In this document: positions 36,564-50,928 of the stretch, one piece after another | How the letters are laid out: each line of letters begins with the position of its first letter | How positions within the stretch are numbered: position 1 is the first letter of the stretch | NCBI GenBank assembly: GCA_965645245.1 | Contig: OZ287067.1 | Location: forward strand, 2,976,001-3,040,000 | DNA: 64,000 nt | Reading direction: 5' to 3' | Source of the DNA: Massalongia carnosa | Taxonomy: Eukaryota | The notes under the pieces: model-generated | The model's input: only the letters and a program-made list of their open reading frames with translations | Database searches by the model: none | Told to the model about the DNA's origin: nothing | Program-made: the position numbers and the translations under genes

Positions 36564-38650
36564 GGATCAGCATTTGCCTTCAAAGAAAAGTTCGGAAGCC
36601 ACGAATTCTATCACCTATCTTTAAATGTATTGATCTCCCCAAATATATAGGCAACGCTCCTTACATATGGTTAAGCGTTCGCCTTCGGCAAAGCCTCGGG
36701 AAATACTCCCAACGCCTTTCACAGGGACTGTAAAATGCCGCATACAAAAATACAAAAACTCTCTGGCCGCAGCGAGATGCAGGCCCTGGCTCCTTTTATT
36801 TTTGCTAACTAGCTATGATTTGTTTCCGTCCTTGTAGATGCAGTTAAGCCATGGATGATCAGAAATTTTTCTGGAATTGGGGGAATCGTCATTTCATTTT
36901 GAGGGAGCAGAGCACCGAGCTATTTGATTGCAGGTTCATGGACAATGCCATCGGTGCTGTCGCCACAAGCAAAACTAACATAGCTTTCGTTGCACGCAAA
37001 CGGAACACGATTTGAGGTGATTCCATGCATCCATTTGTGGTATCATTGCTATCTGAATGCAAGGTCTTTGTTCTTTTATTCTTATTTCTTCCTTGCCCTA
37101 GCAAGTCAAAGACAACGTCCCTCCTGCCTTTTAATTCATGTTATGTAAATGTGTTTTGCCTGGGCCCGCAAGCACCACGAATCCAGAAAAATAGACTGAT
37201 CGGAGGAGCTAAACAAATGCAGGATCTGCCCAAAGAGCATTGACGATTGAAACTTGTGCAATCTCCTGAGCATGTTCTAGGAGGAGGCTTCGCGCCGAGA
37301 GGACTCCCGGGAATATTATGATGTTGGTTTATGCTTTGGGCTGGTATGGGGGGTTTAGTCTTGGATCAAAGGAGCTTTCTGGCACGTCCAAAATGATCCC
37401 GCAGGCGAATCTGTACTTGCATGGGATGGATTGTGCTCCGTGGTCTGAGAACCACAGGTACAAAGTTCTACACATTAACCGATGACTGCTTGTACAAGTT
37501 GTCATCTTGAATGTGGGCAGGTCAGGACGCGCCCGATACATGTACATTCAAGATTGATACCAAAGGGACTTTTCTTATTGCACATATCGAGTAACTTCCT
37601 GTAGAGAGGAAAACCCAATGGAACGTGGGCTGGAAGGCCAGCGGGACACTGCAGGTGATTGTGGATCGGGCTGCCATGTTTCACCGGGGTACCTCTTGGA
37701 GTGAAAGCTTGAATTTCATGGGTTGACGCAAGGAGAACAAGTGCTGCCTATAATGAGAATACTTTGGTATGCGTAACGCCGGTGTTTTTGGTGAGGCAAG
37801 TTTGCTAGCAGAGTAAGTGGAATGTGCATGACCATTATGAACGCAATAGCGATTTCAGACAATATATCTCATACTGAGGAGGATGGGAGAGGGAATACTT
37901 TCTAGTTCTAAAAACTTTTCATCATACAATATTCTCGACAATGAAAATAAGAAATACCTTTGAAGAACTAAGAGACGAAAATATTCCGCACCGTATATAT
38001 TCGAGGGTAATAAGTTTAGGGTCAACTAATCCTCATTTACAGAGTACAAAATTCAGGGGCGTTGATGTGCTTCACCCTCTTCTAGTTGTGTTTAATGCTC
38101 CTCCCTTCACCTACAATGAACTCAAGGGAGCGTAGTCCGAGCATCAAACCTATGATATTTAAGTATGGCATCAGAACTGCTTATCAGCTTAGTCCCAAAC
38201 ATGATCTAAGAAACGGCCAATCCCTTTACCAATCAGTATCCCTTTCAAAGCTACAGAAGCATGAGATGAGCCGTTCAAAGACGATAGTAGTTAGAGTTGG
38301 TGAACATTGGCAGCACGTGCTATAAGGTTTTACATTATTCCGTAAGTTTGTTGGGATTAGCCTGAAACACACTGTAGGGTCTAGAGTTCGTAATCGAAGC
38401 GATTCAGCTACTACTATAGCGCGTTGGTGGATCGGTAGCTACGTATCAAGGTTCATCTTCCGCCACATTAGGGTCAAACCCTGCAGCTGGGCTAGCCGGG
38501 TGTCAGGGCAACGCATGTCAACAAATGTGTTGATTGCGCATGCGCTTTATAACTTTATTCCGAGGCATTTTGCGGTCAGTTGCTCCTGCCCTCAATTTGG
38601 CTCTTGATTAACGATCCTACCATTGAGTACTTATATTCGCTGAAGGTGCG

Positions 38651-40660
38651 ATGGCTAGTCAGTATCAAGTCCTGGAGGAGCTTGGAAGTGCGTCTGATTC
38701 TTCTTTATCGATATGCAGCCAGAACGAACTGATGTTACGTTTCAGGTGGCAGTTTCGGAGTTGTCTACAAAGCTATTGAAATCGCTACTGGCGAGATAGT
38801 AGCCATAAAGCATGTAAGTACTTTGGCTAGCTGAAGAATATCTTTGCCCAAGTTCCAGCTGAGTCTTGAACAGATCGATCTCGAGTCCAGTGATGATGAC
38901 ATACAAGACATTCAACAAGAAATCTCGGTTCTCAGCACTTGTGACAGCCCTTTCGTCACGCAATACAAGACAAGCTTCTTACGAGGCTACAAGCTATGGA
39001 TAGTCATGGAATACCTTGGAGGTGGCTCTTGTTTGGATTTGGTAAAGACTTTGCATCTTTTGTTCTCCTTGCAGAATAGCGCTGACTCGATTAGCTGAAA
39101 CCGGGTCCCTTTAATGAGAGCCACATCGCAGTTGTTTGCCGAGAGTTGCTTTTGGGACTTGACTATTTACATCAGGAAGGGAAGATACACCGCGATATCA
39201 AAGCCGCAAACGTGCTGTTGTCACAGGCTGGCAAAGTCAAACTAGCAGACTTCGGCGTGGCTGCGCAACTCACAAACATCAAATCTCAACGCAATACTTT
39301 TGTCGGGACTCCATTCTGGATGGCGCCAGAAGTTATCGAACAGGCTGGATATGACTTCAAGGCGGATATCTGGTCATTGGGGATCACCGCAATGGAGATG
39401 GCCAAAGGCGAACCGCCCAACGCCAGTATACATCCGATGAAAGTACTCTTCCACATACCCAAAGCGCCGGCGCCAAGGCTAGAAGGTAATCATTACAGTC
39501 GAGATTTCAAAGATTTCGTATCTGCATGCTTAGTCAAAGACCCTGATCGGAGGCCAATCGCCAAGGAGCTGCTGCAGCATCGATTCATTCGAGGCGCGGG
39601 CCGGGTTGAGGAGCTCCAGGAACTTGTCCTGCGCCGGCAGGCCTGGGATAGCGACAAAGGACGGAAAATCCATCCGAAATTCTATGAGGAGACTCTGAAC
39701 ACAATGTCTTTGCGCGATGCCAAGGACGACTGGGTATTTGATACAATTAAAGCCTCTACCATCGACCAGTCAAAACGAACGCAAAAGCGGCGGAAAACGT
39801 CGGCTCTTCAACACGAGGTGCTGGATAGCCCTGAAAATACGCTCCATAATCTTACCCTGGAAGACAATTCGCCGCAGGGCCAGACTTTACCTCCGGCAAC
39901 AGTCCGCAAAGCTACTATGAAGCGGCGTTCCTCTCCCATTGGAGTCGCATCACTTGCGAAAAGAAAGCTCAGCGGACAGAAGCAGCCTCTAGCACCGAGC
40001 ATGAGCTTTGGTAACAGTGCATCTACCGTAAGGCAATTTCGACGTGTATCAGACAAGTCTCCAGACATATCGCCATTCGCTTCTATGGCGGAACGGGATG
40101 AGAATCGGGAAGTTTCCATGGAAACTGTGACTAAGGAGGCTCTCCTTGGAAGGAGAGCTTACTCTAAAGTCATCGACCAGGCTTTTCAAGCAACGTACGC
40201 GCAGACTGGAAATCAGCTTAAGCGTGAGGCAATATCCCGGGTAGCTCATGCGTGGAATGCTCTTGATGCAGACGATCCTGAAGGAGAGTATCATCTGCTG
40301 AAGCTCATCGTCGAAAAGATCCAAGCGTGAGTTTTCCCACCATCCCGACGAATTCGAGATGAGCGACGCTAACTAAGCCGCACATACAGCGACCCAAAGC
40401 TGGCATCCCTGCTGCCCATTTCGGAGTCTACGACCCCCCAAAAGCCTAAGCTCCTTCTCGCGCAAAACAACCCCCATCTCAAGAGCCATCGACGGCGGCA
40501 ATCATCGTTGATGCCAGCCGCCGACGACGCCTGGACCGAGAAGCCGATCAAGTTGCCCGGCCAAACCACCCCGGGCTTGGAACACACCAAGCAGTTGGCG
40601 GACCTGCTGTACGGGAAATGGGCCGAGGGATTGCGGTACCGATGGCCAAATATCGGATAA
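38651..40660 (+). CDS. SID1: Ste20/GCK-family Ser/Thr kinase, Sid1 (SIN pathway)-like
   Basis: LEELG|SGSFGVVYKA..IDLESSDDDI..HRDIKAAN..DFG..TFVGTPFWMAPE; C-terminal LADLLYGKWAEGLRYRWP; four introns. The kinase family is certain; orthology to Sid1 is inferred. Confidence 0.85.
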
Positions 40661-41706
40661 TCGATCGATCGGCTGGCTCTGGCTGGTATCCACTGTATTT
40701 TTTCTAGGCAACTCGTTCCTTACCATTGGCTTCATCATCACCATCATCATAAACAGCCTGCGTTTGTTTTATTTTTATTCCTTTGCTGTAAATAATTTAT
40801 CTTTGCTTGGAAAATTTTGTACATTGCAAAAAAAGGACATCTCGACTACGAAGACAATGACGATGATGTTGTTTGTTCTCTCCCGCCCCTTGGATTACTC
40901 CCTTCCCCCGCCGTCAAACCTTTATGGTGATGTTGTTGATGGATTCTCGAAAAGGTCGGCTAAGGTACTCTTTGATTTTTTGCGATGGCAGGCATGATGA
41001 ACGAGCTAGTTGGTTGGCTGGTTGGTTGGTAGAGTCTTTGCTAGTTTGTTTCCCTCCACCTACCCCTCTACATAGCATACATTACACAGCATGCATGTAA
41101 ACATACATTTGATTATATCCGTCCGTTCGTTCCAGCCTGGACCTGTTGGAAGGGGGGGCGCGCCAATTGCCGGATAGCGAGCGAATCCATCCCGTGTTTT
41201 GCTCTGCTCTGCTTTGCTTTCTTTCTGTTCTCTTCTCTTCTGACTATTTTTTTTAGATATACAAAACAGCATTTATACATACAAATGTAAATAGAAAATA
41301 GGTATTTTGGAAGAATCTGGAAGCCTTTCCTTTCCTTCCCCTTCCCTTCGCCTTAACCATGTGTGTGCATGTATGTGTGTGTGTGTTTGGGGGAGGGGGG
41401 AGGGTTGGCTGAGTATGTGTATGTCGACCGAGTTCTAGCTGGTTCGCTAATTTCACAGGTAGACGGGTAGATTTTAGTCATGGGCAGAAGAGTTGAAATA
41501 AAGATTATGTATGTAGGAACTGTGTTTGGGTAATGGAACACCTAGTTAGTTAGCTAGAGTGAAGGATAAGTAATCTGATATATGATACATTCATGCATCC
41601 GTCAATGCATAGAAAATTAATTCTTTTGGAATATGATACCATGTACAAGGATGTGAAGTGAGGGTGCAAAAGATCCCACAAGAAAAGCCCACCTGGGTGG
41701 GGGACA

Positions 41707-43188
41707 TCAGTCGCCCTTCTTCTCTTTTGCTAGTGCTGATGCCATCGTCGGGTTGTCGTCTATAGGCGGCGAGAGACTTCTCTCCCACTCCGTCATTAAC
41801 GTCGACGCGGTTCGTTTCAAGCTGCTCGGACTCAGTTTTGTCAATGTGGGCCAGGGGATATCGTCCCGTTTCCTAAGAGTAGTCTGAGGTTTAGGTGGGC
41901 GTGGGGTTGCATCCGAAGAACTAAAGTTTTCTTCAAGTCAACCAACACTAATTATAAGAGCAAACGTGGTGACAGAAACCCACCTTATACTCGTCCTTGG
42001 ACTGCTTTTGTCGGTTTCAACGGACAAGCTTGCGCTCGAGCAGTAAGGTACGGAACATTTGGGTTTTGGAGAGTCCCAATTATCCCAGCCATCGTCGTCC
42101 GAGTTACTTGTGTAGGCGCTATTCGGCGAAACAGACTTCGGCTTTGGAGATGGGAGGATTGGCCGTCCCCTTGAATCCTCCGCCTCCGGACTCCCCATCA
42201 TCCGCCCAGCCCGAGCCCCATTGAATTTTGGATTGCCATTATTGGGCGCGGGGGGAAGGCGGGTGGCCGTTTCATTTCTAGTTTTTGAGGCTCCGTACAT
42301 GCTATTATGTTTGGGGCCTTTCTCACTTTTTCCTGCCATGTGCAAATGACGGCCTGGAATATTTCGTGAACTTGGATTGTCCATAATTTCATCCCCCACG
42401 GTGGCTTGCTTGAGATCTTCAAAGAATGTCCACAATCCTATCCTGAAATCACCAACTAGCTGCTTTCCGGTTTCTAAGATTGCGTCTTTCGGTTGATTGT
42501 TCACCGTCTTATGGAAAGGGGTATGAGCGGATTCAGAGGGATTTGTAGCCATTGAAGCACCTTCGGGCTCTGTAGTTGATCCCAAAATGCTTTTTGACGC
42601 TCTCTGGGACCCTTTTATCATTGTGCCAGTCGGAGGTGGCATCATCGGTTGATTTGTAGAGGACTTTGGTGAAAGTAGGGAAAGCGCCCTGGTATGTTTA
42701 GAACCAGAGAAAACCTTTCGCTGAGATTGCTTTGTGCTTATAGAAGGCAGTTTTCGCCTGTTGCGCTCCGCACCGATACTTGGGAGGCTGTAGGCTTCAA
42801 GGGGATTGGTGCTGCTGACCGATTTGCTAATTGGTCGAAGCCGTTCGACATGCCGAAGTTCATTCTTCTTCTTAGACGTCTCATGCGATGCCCATTGCTT
42901 TTTTAACCTTTGCAGCTCTAGTTCCGCCCTTTCAAGCTCCTCCCGAAGTTCTAAAATCCGTCGTTCCTGTCCTGCCAATGCAGTAAGGAACCCGTTGGAA
43001 TCTTCCGGCTGCAGAAACATTCTCTCCGGAGATGGAGGGCTAGCCGGCAGTATGGGTGTATTGGGTGCTGAGCATAGGGCATAATTCATCTTGAAATCAT
43101 TACTCGAGTCTGTCGAAAGGGGAGGCGAGATCTCAAGGCCTTGTCGTTCCATAACTCCGTACAAAGATAGATAGGCAAGAGGTTTCAT
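41707..43188 (-). CDS. DUF4048-like coiled-coil protein
   Basis: FLTALAGQERRILELREEL..LKKQW, TGKQLVGDFRIGLWTFFEDLKQATVG; after an intron (about 41921-41982), IPWPTLTKLSPSSLKRTASTLMTEWERSL, stop at 41707. Start codon uncertain. Confidence 0.75.
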
Positions 43189-43584
43189 TAGAATTATTAG
43201 AGATCGGAGAGTGAAGCCAGCTAGTCATAGGCTTAGTACGAGAGGTGAGGTCACTAGAGTGGACCCAGAATTATTGATTAGTTGTCAAGACGAGAGTACG
43301 AAGAAGAACCCGTCATACCAATTCTGATAATAACACAGTACGGAACCGTTGTCTGAACCTAAAGCGATAAACATCCACAAAGGAGCAAAGAATGTCTTTG
43401 TAGGCAAGTGTATAGCCACAGTAGTAACTGAATCAACATTGACAGGAACTTTGTTTACTTAAAAGTAAACCGAATAAAGGAGGCGCGCTAAACGCTTTCG
43501 AGCTACGTATCAGGCGCGCTCGGTTGATTCCTTGGTATTTCCGATCTATTCGATGTTTTTTTCAATGTGTCAATGAGTACAAAC

Positions 43585-44297
43585 ATGAGCTTCCCAGGTC
43601 TTCCCAATCGGGGTCTTAGCGGTGGTGGTGATGGAGCTGCTACAGCGGGCATGAGCGAACAGGAGCAGGTGATGGTCAAAACCGTGAGTGATAGAGTTTG
43701 CAACAAACCAACGGGGCGCAACCTAACGAGGTTCAATACAGATGCAAGCAGCCATGGAGAGCTGTCCTGCTAAGACCGTCATCTCTGGTACCATGGGGTT
43801 TGCGCTTGGAGGTGCTTTTGGACTCTTCATGTCAAGTGTACGTTGGTCTTAGAAAGGCCGGATTGATGACTTGAAGTTTAATCATCAAATTTTCAAGCGT
43901 AGATGAGCTATGATACCCCGTTGACCCCTCAAGGTCAACAACTTGCCAATCTACCAATTCGGGAACAGTTGCGAAGGGGTTTCAAAGATATGGGCGCTAG
44001 GTCTTTCAGTTCTGCTAAAAACTTTGGCATGGTTGGTGCCTTATTTGCAGGGACGGAATGCTGCATAGAAGGGGTAGATCTTCCCCTCTGGAACACTATG
44101 GCTTAAAATGCTGATCAGATCTTATACGATAGTATCGAGCGAAGAACGATCTCAAAAATGGCATCGCTGCTGGATGTATAACCGGAGGAATCCTTGGAGC
44201 AAAAGCAGGTCCTCAAGCCGCTGCCCTTGGCTGTGCTGGCTTCGCAGCCTTCAGTGCTGCTATCGATTCCTACATGCGTATGCCGTCTGAAAATTGA
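43585..44297 (+). CDS. TIM22: Mitochondrial inner membrane translocase subunit Tim22
   Basis: [76 protein letters not shown]; three introns. An alternative in-frame ATG lies at 43573. Confidence 0.95.
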
Positions 44298-45156
44298 GAG
44301 GGCTGCAGGAAATATTGCTTGGCGTTGAGGGAGGTGCTGCCTGATCTACATCATTTCCTAGATTCTCTCGGACAGTCTCCGGAGACTCGTAAAGCGCATT
44401 CACAGCGCCTCATGGGATCTGGCACGATTCGTGTTACATCTGTACTAACACTCGATATTTGTGGCCGGACTGATGGATTCGAGGCGCTGGTATATTGGTT
44501 TGTTATATTTCCATTCTCTCTGCTCCGCTATGTGTTGATATTGGTGGGCCATATGGAAACTAGTGTAGGTAAGGTAGGTATCTAATCAGCTACTCGCAGC
44601 GCCGAGCGACTCATGAGCGGCCTGGGAGGCCCTTTGAAAAGCCCATGAAGTAATATGACAGGGGAGGACCCGAAAGGCAATATGGAGTTCATCGCTTGAT
44701 ATTTGGTGTCTTCGCATCGTCTTTCCCGCCAGCTGTATTTTTACCCACGGTATGGTAACGCTCTAGCGGGCCGTAAATATGGCTACGTCATATTAGTAAG
44801 TGATCTACCTTATGGTGAACTACAGGATGGGAATTGGTGTCTGATGACCTAAACCAGGCACGTGTATCATACAGAACATAAAATATTGCTCGGGCTTAAA
44901 AACAAGGCATTGATAGTTTTGGATAGGTGAGGTATAAGATCAGCGACGATATTGCGCATTCCAGTTTCAGTTGGCAAAAAAAGTCGAAAATTTTTACATG
45001 CGATAACTAGAATTTTGTTCTGTGCATTATAACAAAATTCCATCCTTGCCTCCCAGTTTTCCTAATGCCTCTATTCTTCCAACTCCCAGCAATTCCATCC
45101 AACAGCTCTAATTAGGCATCCACACATTGTCCGTTGATATAATATAGATCGTGGCT

Positions 45157-47462
45157 ATGAGCAGTCTTCCTCAAATGTCGCCCGTTGACCAAAAGAGATT
45201 CTTGCAAAGTGATTATGATCGAGGAGTTCAGGCATCGCAGTTACATAACCCATCCTCTGCATCAGAGCCAGAAAGTATCAACGAAGTGGAAGGCTCTACC
45301 AAGAGGCAAAAATTACGAAACTTTTCGAAAAAGGCCAAGCAACGAACCAAAAATCTGCTTCACGCTGATGGAGGATTCTCAGAGGAAGGGACTTTCTCTA
45401 AGGAGAAAGATGTACTTTCGACTATAAAGGATGATCCAGCCTTCAATCCTAAGATACTGACTAAACACAAATCCAGTGTTGCTGATGGATTCTCTGGAAA
45501 CAGGAATACACCTTCGACCTTGCGGTCTGTAGCAAAGGGGTTGATACATCCAAAGGACGCAATTAAGGGCAAAGCTACCAAGACAATTGCATATAAGCTG
45601 TCACAAGCTCAGCGCCCGTACCTATCTCAGGAAGCTGATCAAGACCTTTTAAACGCTCATGATGATTTAGATGAGGCGTATTCCTCTCGGTCATTGCGGA
45701 ATGCTACATCCGATGAGGAAGCTGACTCAATAGTTCAAAACCGTAGAAACCGAGTTAAAGAGATAGAAGCGCATCGGGAGAGTCTTCGAGCAGCTTGGAC
45801 GACAAGCAGACATGTTAGTCGTGTCCGGGTTGTGCCAAAGCGACAAATTGACTACCCTATTAAGAAAAACTTCGCAGAGAAAGACTCTCAGGGCCGCATT
45901 GTGCGGTATGAATGGTTGAGGTGGCTAGGTTGTGTATGATTTCCCATTCTTATTACATTGGGTGGGTTTGATATGTTACTTTAGATCCTTATATACTATA
46001 CACAAGATTTCTGTACGCAATATATCGACGATTTTGATGAGCTTCCGTTTGACATAGATAGTCTTCGCCGTCATGTGGAACGAGTAGTCATGGCTTGTGA
46101 GCCATGGCAATCCTGGGCAATGCATGTGCGGTCGGTCTATCGATGGGAACACCCTCGAACCACTGGGAGATGGCTTGGCATTTATATGGTTCTGTGGTAC
46201 ACCGACCATATCATTGGCTTTGTGGTTAGTTCACAATTTACATTTTACTTACCAAGTTTTCTGTGTTAATATTCAATCGAAGTGGTTTTACATTATCTAC
46301 ATTGTAATAAATAACTACTTCTACCCGACTTCAGTGGGGTCGTTGCAAGATTCCGCACAGAGGGCGCTGGATAGCCAAGCTACAGCTCACAAGTTTGGGG
46401 AGCTAGTTGACAAACATGGCCGTGACAACTGGCTCAATCCTGTTATCGATGAGCTAGGGCCGTCTATTCAGCTGCAGGTTGGAGACATTGCGAATATGCT
46501 AGAGGTCATCAGCAAGTTAGTGCAGCTGTACCTTATGAAGACCTTCAACTAACTAGGTGCAAAGCTTTTACCACTGGAAGTCGCCCCGGAAGACTGCTGC
46601 TTCTCTCATTCTCTTCGCAGCGTGTCTTCTCCTCTCCGTCTTTGCAGATATGGCGTATTGCGTGAAGATTGTAGGGTTTGTCGCGGGAGGAGGCTTCTTC
46701 CTATGTTGGCCTATCGCTAGTTTGTACCCCAAGTATAGATACTTGGTTTCACCTTTCAAGTGGATGTTTTGGGATATCCCCACTGATGGTGAACCTCTTA
46801 TGTTTCAGGGGGGAGATATAGCGCTAACCATAAATGTAGCTGAATGGTCATTCCAGTATTTGCGAAGACAAGCTCAAATCACCCGCGAGTGTTTGATACA
46901 AAGTAAAGTCGAACATCGGATGCTCGGCGAGAATACCCGCACGTCCAGCGCAACCCTGGACGGTGAAACCCCGACCAAAGCTCAAATTTACTCAGCGGAT
47001 GGCGGTATAGGGGGCGGAGATGACGATGAGAATGAAGACTGGCAAAGTGCAAACTCTTCAAGCAGCATCCTAGACACAACCGATTTACTCGCCTTTCGGG
47101 CAAAATCACCTAGTGGATTTGGCCGCCTTGTAATCTATCCGGGAGGCATAAGATTTGTTCGCAGCGTGACGAAGAAAGAGCTATGGAGGCGAACTTTCCT
47201 CGAGATGGTGGAGATGAGGAAACTGGAAGGATCCACCGTGTCAACGCTGACAAACAAGGCACTTGAGCAACTCGAGTTTACATTCACCGATGGGGAAACG
47301 CTGGTTTTAAAAGCGCTGAAGGACCGAGACGAGGCCTTCAATGCCATTATTGGGTTTTCGTACCTCCAATGGCAAGTGCTTCAGACCAATCCCCGCAAGG
47401 CGAAGAACAGCGCCGACGAGGGGGAGCGGCGAAACGGGGATTCGCCCAAAACATCAAGATAA
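45157..47462 (+). CDS. Conserved fungal membrane protein with C-terminal GRAM/PH-like domain
   Basis: Multi-exon; QYIDDFDELPFD, WQSWAMHVRSVYRWEHP, hydrophobic segments, PKYRYLVSPFKWMFWDIPT, GRLVI..RDEAFNAIIGFSYLQWQ. Domain assignment is tentative. Confidence 0.75.
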
Positions 47463-48915
47463 CTTGGCATGTTCGTCCCAAGGCATATCGGCTTAGGGGC
47501 ATGGGGAGGTGTATCGGTTGTGATAGGGCATATTTGTGGCTCTACTTTATGACCAATACGCCACAGGGTGAATACTAAATTCTTATGAGATAGGTTTCAC
47601 ATAATCAATAATTGAGATTCGCCAGACGTCTCGATATCTATCTCTATAATCTATCCCGTAGTATTCCAAGAAAAAACACCACTAAAAAAGGGCTCTATCT
47701 ATCCACGCATCCATCCATTCTCCTAAAAAGCAACCATGGTAAGAAAATCCGCCATAATTTCATTCCATCAATGAAAGAAAATAAAAAGCCGAAAACCAAA
47801 TCCGGAACGATAATAGTCTCAATGCTTCTCCCTGAAATACCTACCTACTCTGCCCACTAATTGCGTTTTTCCCTCCTGTGCCATACCCTTTCCTTCTTCT
47901 TCTAGGTAATTTTATTCTATTATCATAAATATCATATCCTATCATGTCCACTCAACCCTCCAAACCCCCAATCCCCAACCTTCTAAACCCCCCCCCCCCC
48001 CACATTCATCCATCTATACCATCAAGAATCCCTTGCATTGATTGAGTAGACAGAGAAGTGGCGCTTCCTCTTCATCAAGCTTCTTCCGGCTTAATAATCC
48101 ATATAATTTTAATATATCTCTAAAATTTATGAGTCCTTTCACGGGGATACATAATCATTTTAGTTTCCTATCTGACTGTCTGTCCGACTGTCTGTCTGTA
48201 GATTATATTCAAGGTTTAATTTACAAAGAAACTATCTATGGGTATGTAGGTATGTAAAGCAGGAATAGATGTATACTTTCGTGGTAGGAGGGTTCTTTAA
48301 AAGTTTTTTTCTCTCTTCTTTTCTTTTTCTGAATAACACGAAGAGGAAGAGATATTGAAAGAAAGGAGATAGCTTCCTGACTAGAGCTACCTACCTACCA
48401 CCTTACCTAACCTAGCCTAATCCAACCTAACCCAGGTATTGATAAACCACCTACGTACGATTGCAAGCCGGTTATTTAGTTAAGGATACCAGACGAATGA
48501 GATAGATAAATAGATAGATGGGCAAAAAAAATCCCTCGGGATGTTTTGGCTTATTTAAATGCAACGAAAATGAAGAATGAAAAAAGCTTCAAAGAAGACC
48601 AATAGATCGGGTATCCGGATTCTGAAAATGCAGAGAAACCCCTGAAGACGATGCGATGATGAAAAGGTCCAACGCCTAGCCAGGCCACACTCAACCTTGA
48701 AAGAAGAAGCTGGCGTGGTCCTGCCTCGTTGGCGGTTCGACGTATATTTCAAAGGCCGTGGTATTCCTCCAGTCGTGAAGCCAAAATCGCGGTTATACTC
48801 CTAAAATGTGTCACAATATGCACAAACCATCCCGACTTCCCGTCCGAGTTCACTCTGGTACAAGAATCGCTTTCAAACGCCCCATTCCCATGTCCTGCAC
48901 GGGTTGGCGCCGAAA

Positions 48916-50625
48916 CTACCCCATCCAAGCGTCGCCCCTGCTCACCCTGCTTTTCCCACCACCGGACGAACCTGGCCTGGCCTCCTCGCTAGGCACCGCT
49001 AAGAAGCCCCCGAACCCGTTCCCTACCAGCACGCTATCCCGGCCACGATTCCCCCATGTTGGGCTCAACTGCCCCGTATTATACAGGCTGACAGGTCTAG
49101 TGGCAGTGGCGCTACCACGACGGTTTTTCGCTGTAGGTGGAGTAATGAGGGTAAGGTTCCATTCCAGCTCCGATATGGTTTTAGTATACAGATGTAGCGG
49201 TTGCACGATCCCAGGGTACGGTGGCCTACCATTGCGTGTGTTGGCAAAAGGGGCGGCAGGTAGCGGGAGGAGTAAAGATGGCAGAGAAGGAGAGAGCGCA
49301 TACAGCGCCGTGAGCGATGGGAGAGCACCGCTCATGATGGACGAAGCAAGATAGGTATAGTAACTCTCCGAGGGGTTTTGGAGATTATGAGGATGGGCTC
49401 TGAGGGAGGAAAGTTCAAAGTGCAGCGTTTTGAGGGACTGGGAGGCAAGAGGGGGAATCGGTGAAGGCGGCAAAACGCGGGTGATGTTCTCGGAGATATG
49501 GACAGAAACAAGATATGGAGATGCCGCTAGCACCATATGGAGGGTTGAGGGCGAAATGGCTGTGTTGACTAGTTTGAGGGTGGTGAAGACCTCGCGAGTG
49601 TCCGGTCGCGACAGGTACGCCACAAGTCCATCCGCAGAGATGTTAGGTGCATCTTCAAGCGACAAGCTGGCCACGGGCGGAAACCTGGGGGTCAACGGAA
49701 AATTTTTGAAGATACTGTCGTCCACGAGCGGGAGGTTTGCCAATTTTACATGATAGAGGGCGGCGAAGCAGGACAGCACTTGCACTAGCATTGCTGGCTC
49801 AACCTGAAGCTGCGATAGCTCAATGGTCTCCAGATTCTGCCAATGTCTTGATTGAGCCAGGGTGGTGAAGCTCCTTTCGGCCCCTGCCTGATATCTCATG
49901 CTTCGAATTTCCGGGCATCGGGATTGTAGCTCCTGCTTCAAGGTGTTGGAAGAGGGATCATCGCTGTAAAAGCCTTCGGGCAGATCAACATAGCGCAAAT
50001 TCGGAAGAACAGAGACGGTGCGGGCCAGATCCGACTTGGATGACTCCCGTGTCATGTACGAGATTTTGAGATATTGCACTTGTGCCGCTAAATAGCTGTC
50101 GTCCCTCACGGTTCTCGAAAAGAGCTGTAACCTTTGCTGTGGCGCATCTTTTGAATTGCCATTTCGCTCGAAAAACGATCGTCTCTTCCGTGTCACGGCG
50201 AGGTTCACCTCGCGCTCGCAATAGTGAACCGCATCGATACGCACACTATGGTATCTACAGTCGCAACATGTTATTCGCTGGTCTGTATTAGAAGCGATTG
50301 GGTTCACTCACAACAGAAGAGAAGTGGCTTCCGACCATTGTTTGGTCACCAACGCGCACTGGGCTAGGTCTCGCATATCGCAGAGCATACATCCTCCATC
50401 ATTCATGGAATCTTCCGACGTCACGTACGACTTGTCTTCAGCGTGTGGGCAGACATATGCCAGGATATCTGCTAGGATGTGTTTGGGAAGTCGGAGCGCT
50501 GAATAACGCTTGGACGGGCTGTAAAAGGTGTTGGGGCTCGAGGCATGATGGTGATGGCTGATTTGTGCTGCTTCCTGGCTCTTCAATTTGGACTTTGAGC
50601 GCATATGGTTTAGGTGGAATTTCAT
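48916..50625 (-). CDS. F-box protein with LRR-like C-terminal region
   Basis: LPKHILADILAYVCPH..CMLCDMRDLAQCALVTKQW (F-box-like), an intron, then YHSVRIDAVHYCERE..LARTVSVLPNLRYVDLP. Confidence 0.85.
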
Positions 50626-50928
50626 GATGACCAAAATTAAGAATCCTCCCTGAATGAGAGCGAAAAATGGCAGCTTTTGCTGGAGGAATGAGTAAACACA
50701 CAGTTGGCTGGACGGAATTTTTAAAAAAAAATTGACGATTGCGGTAGAAGGCGGGGTTTACTTGAAAGATATCTAAGAGGATGGCCAATGTAGGCGTTCA
50801 AGCCTTAATCCATGAGGAATTCATGTTGATTGAATCTATTCTAACCACAATTACATATGAGGTTAAGGGACAAGCATCGAATCCGCAGGTACGAGTTCCT
50901 ACCACAGACACAGGTATCTGGGTATATG

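Noticed and set aside
37315..37840. Candidate solo LTR (TG at 37322 to CA at 37834, flanked by TTATGA repeats)
   Set aside because: The terminal inverted match is poor and the direct repeat length is atypical; likely chance.
44838..44870. CTGATGA hammerhead-like core
   Set aside because: No stem II followed by GAAA, and no flanking stems.
47460..48560. Low-complexity homopolymer and microsatellite tracts (also 40680-41600 and 55100-56220)
   Set aside because: Ordinary 3' intergenic simple sequence; no higher-order periodicity seen.
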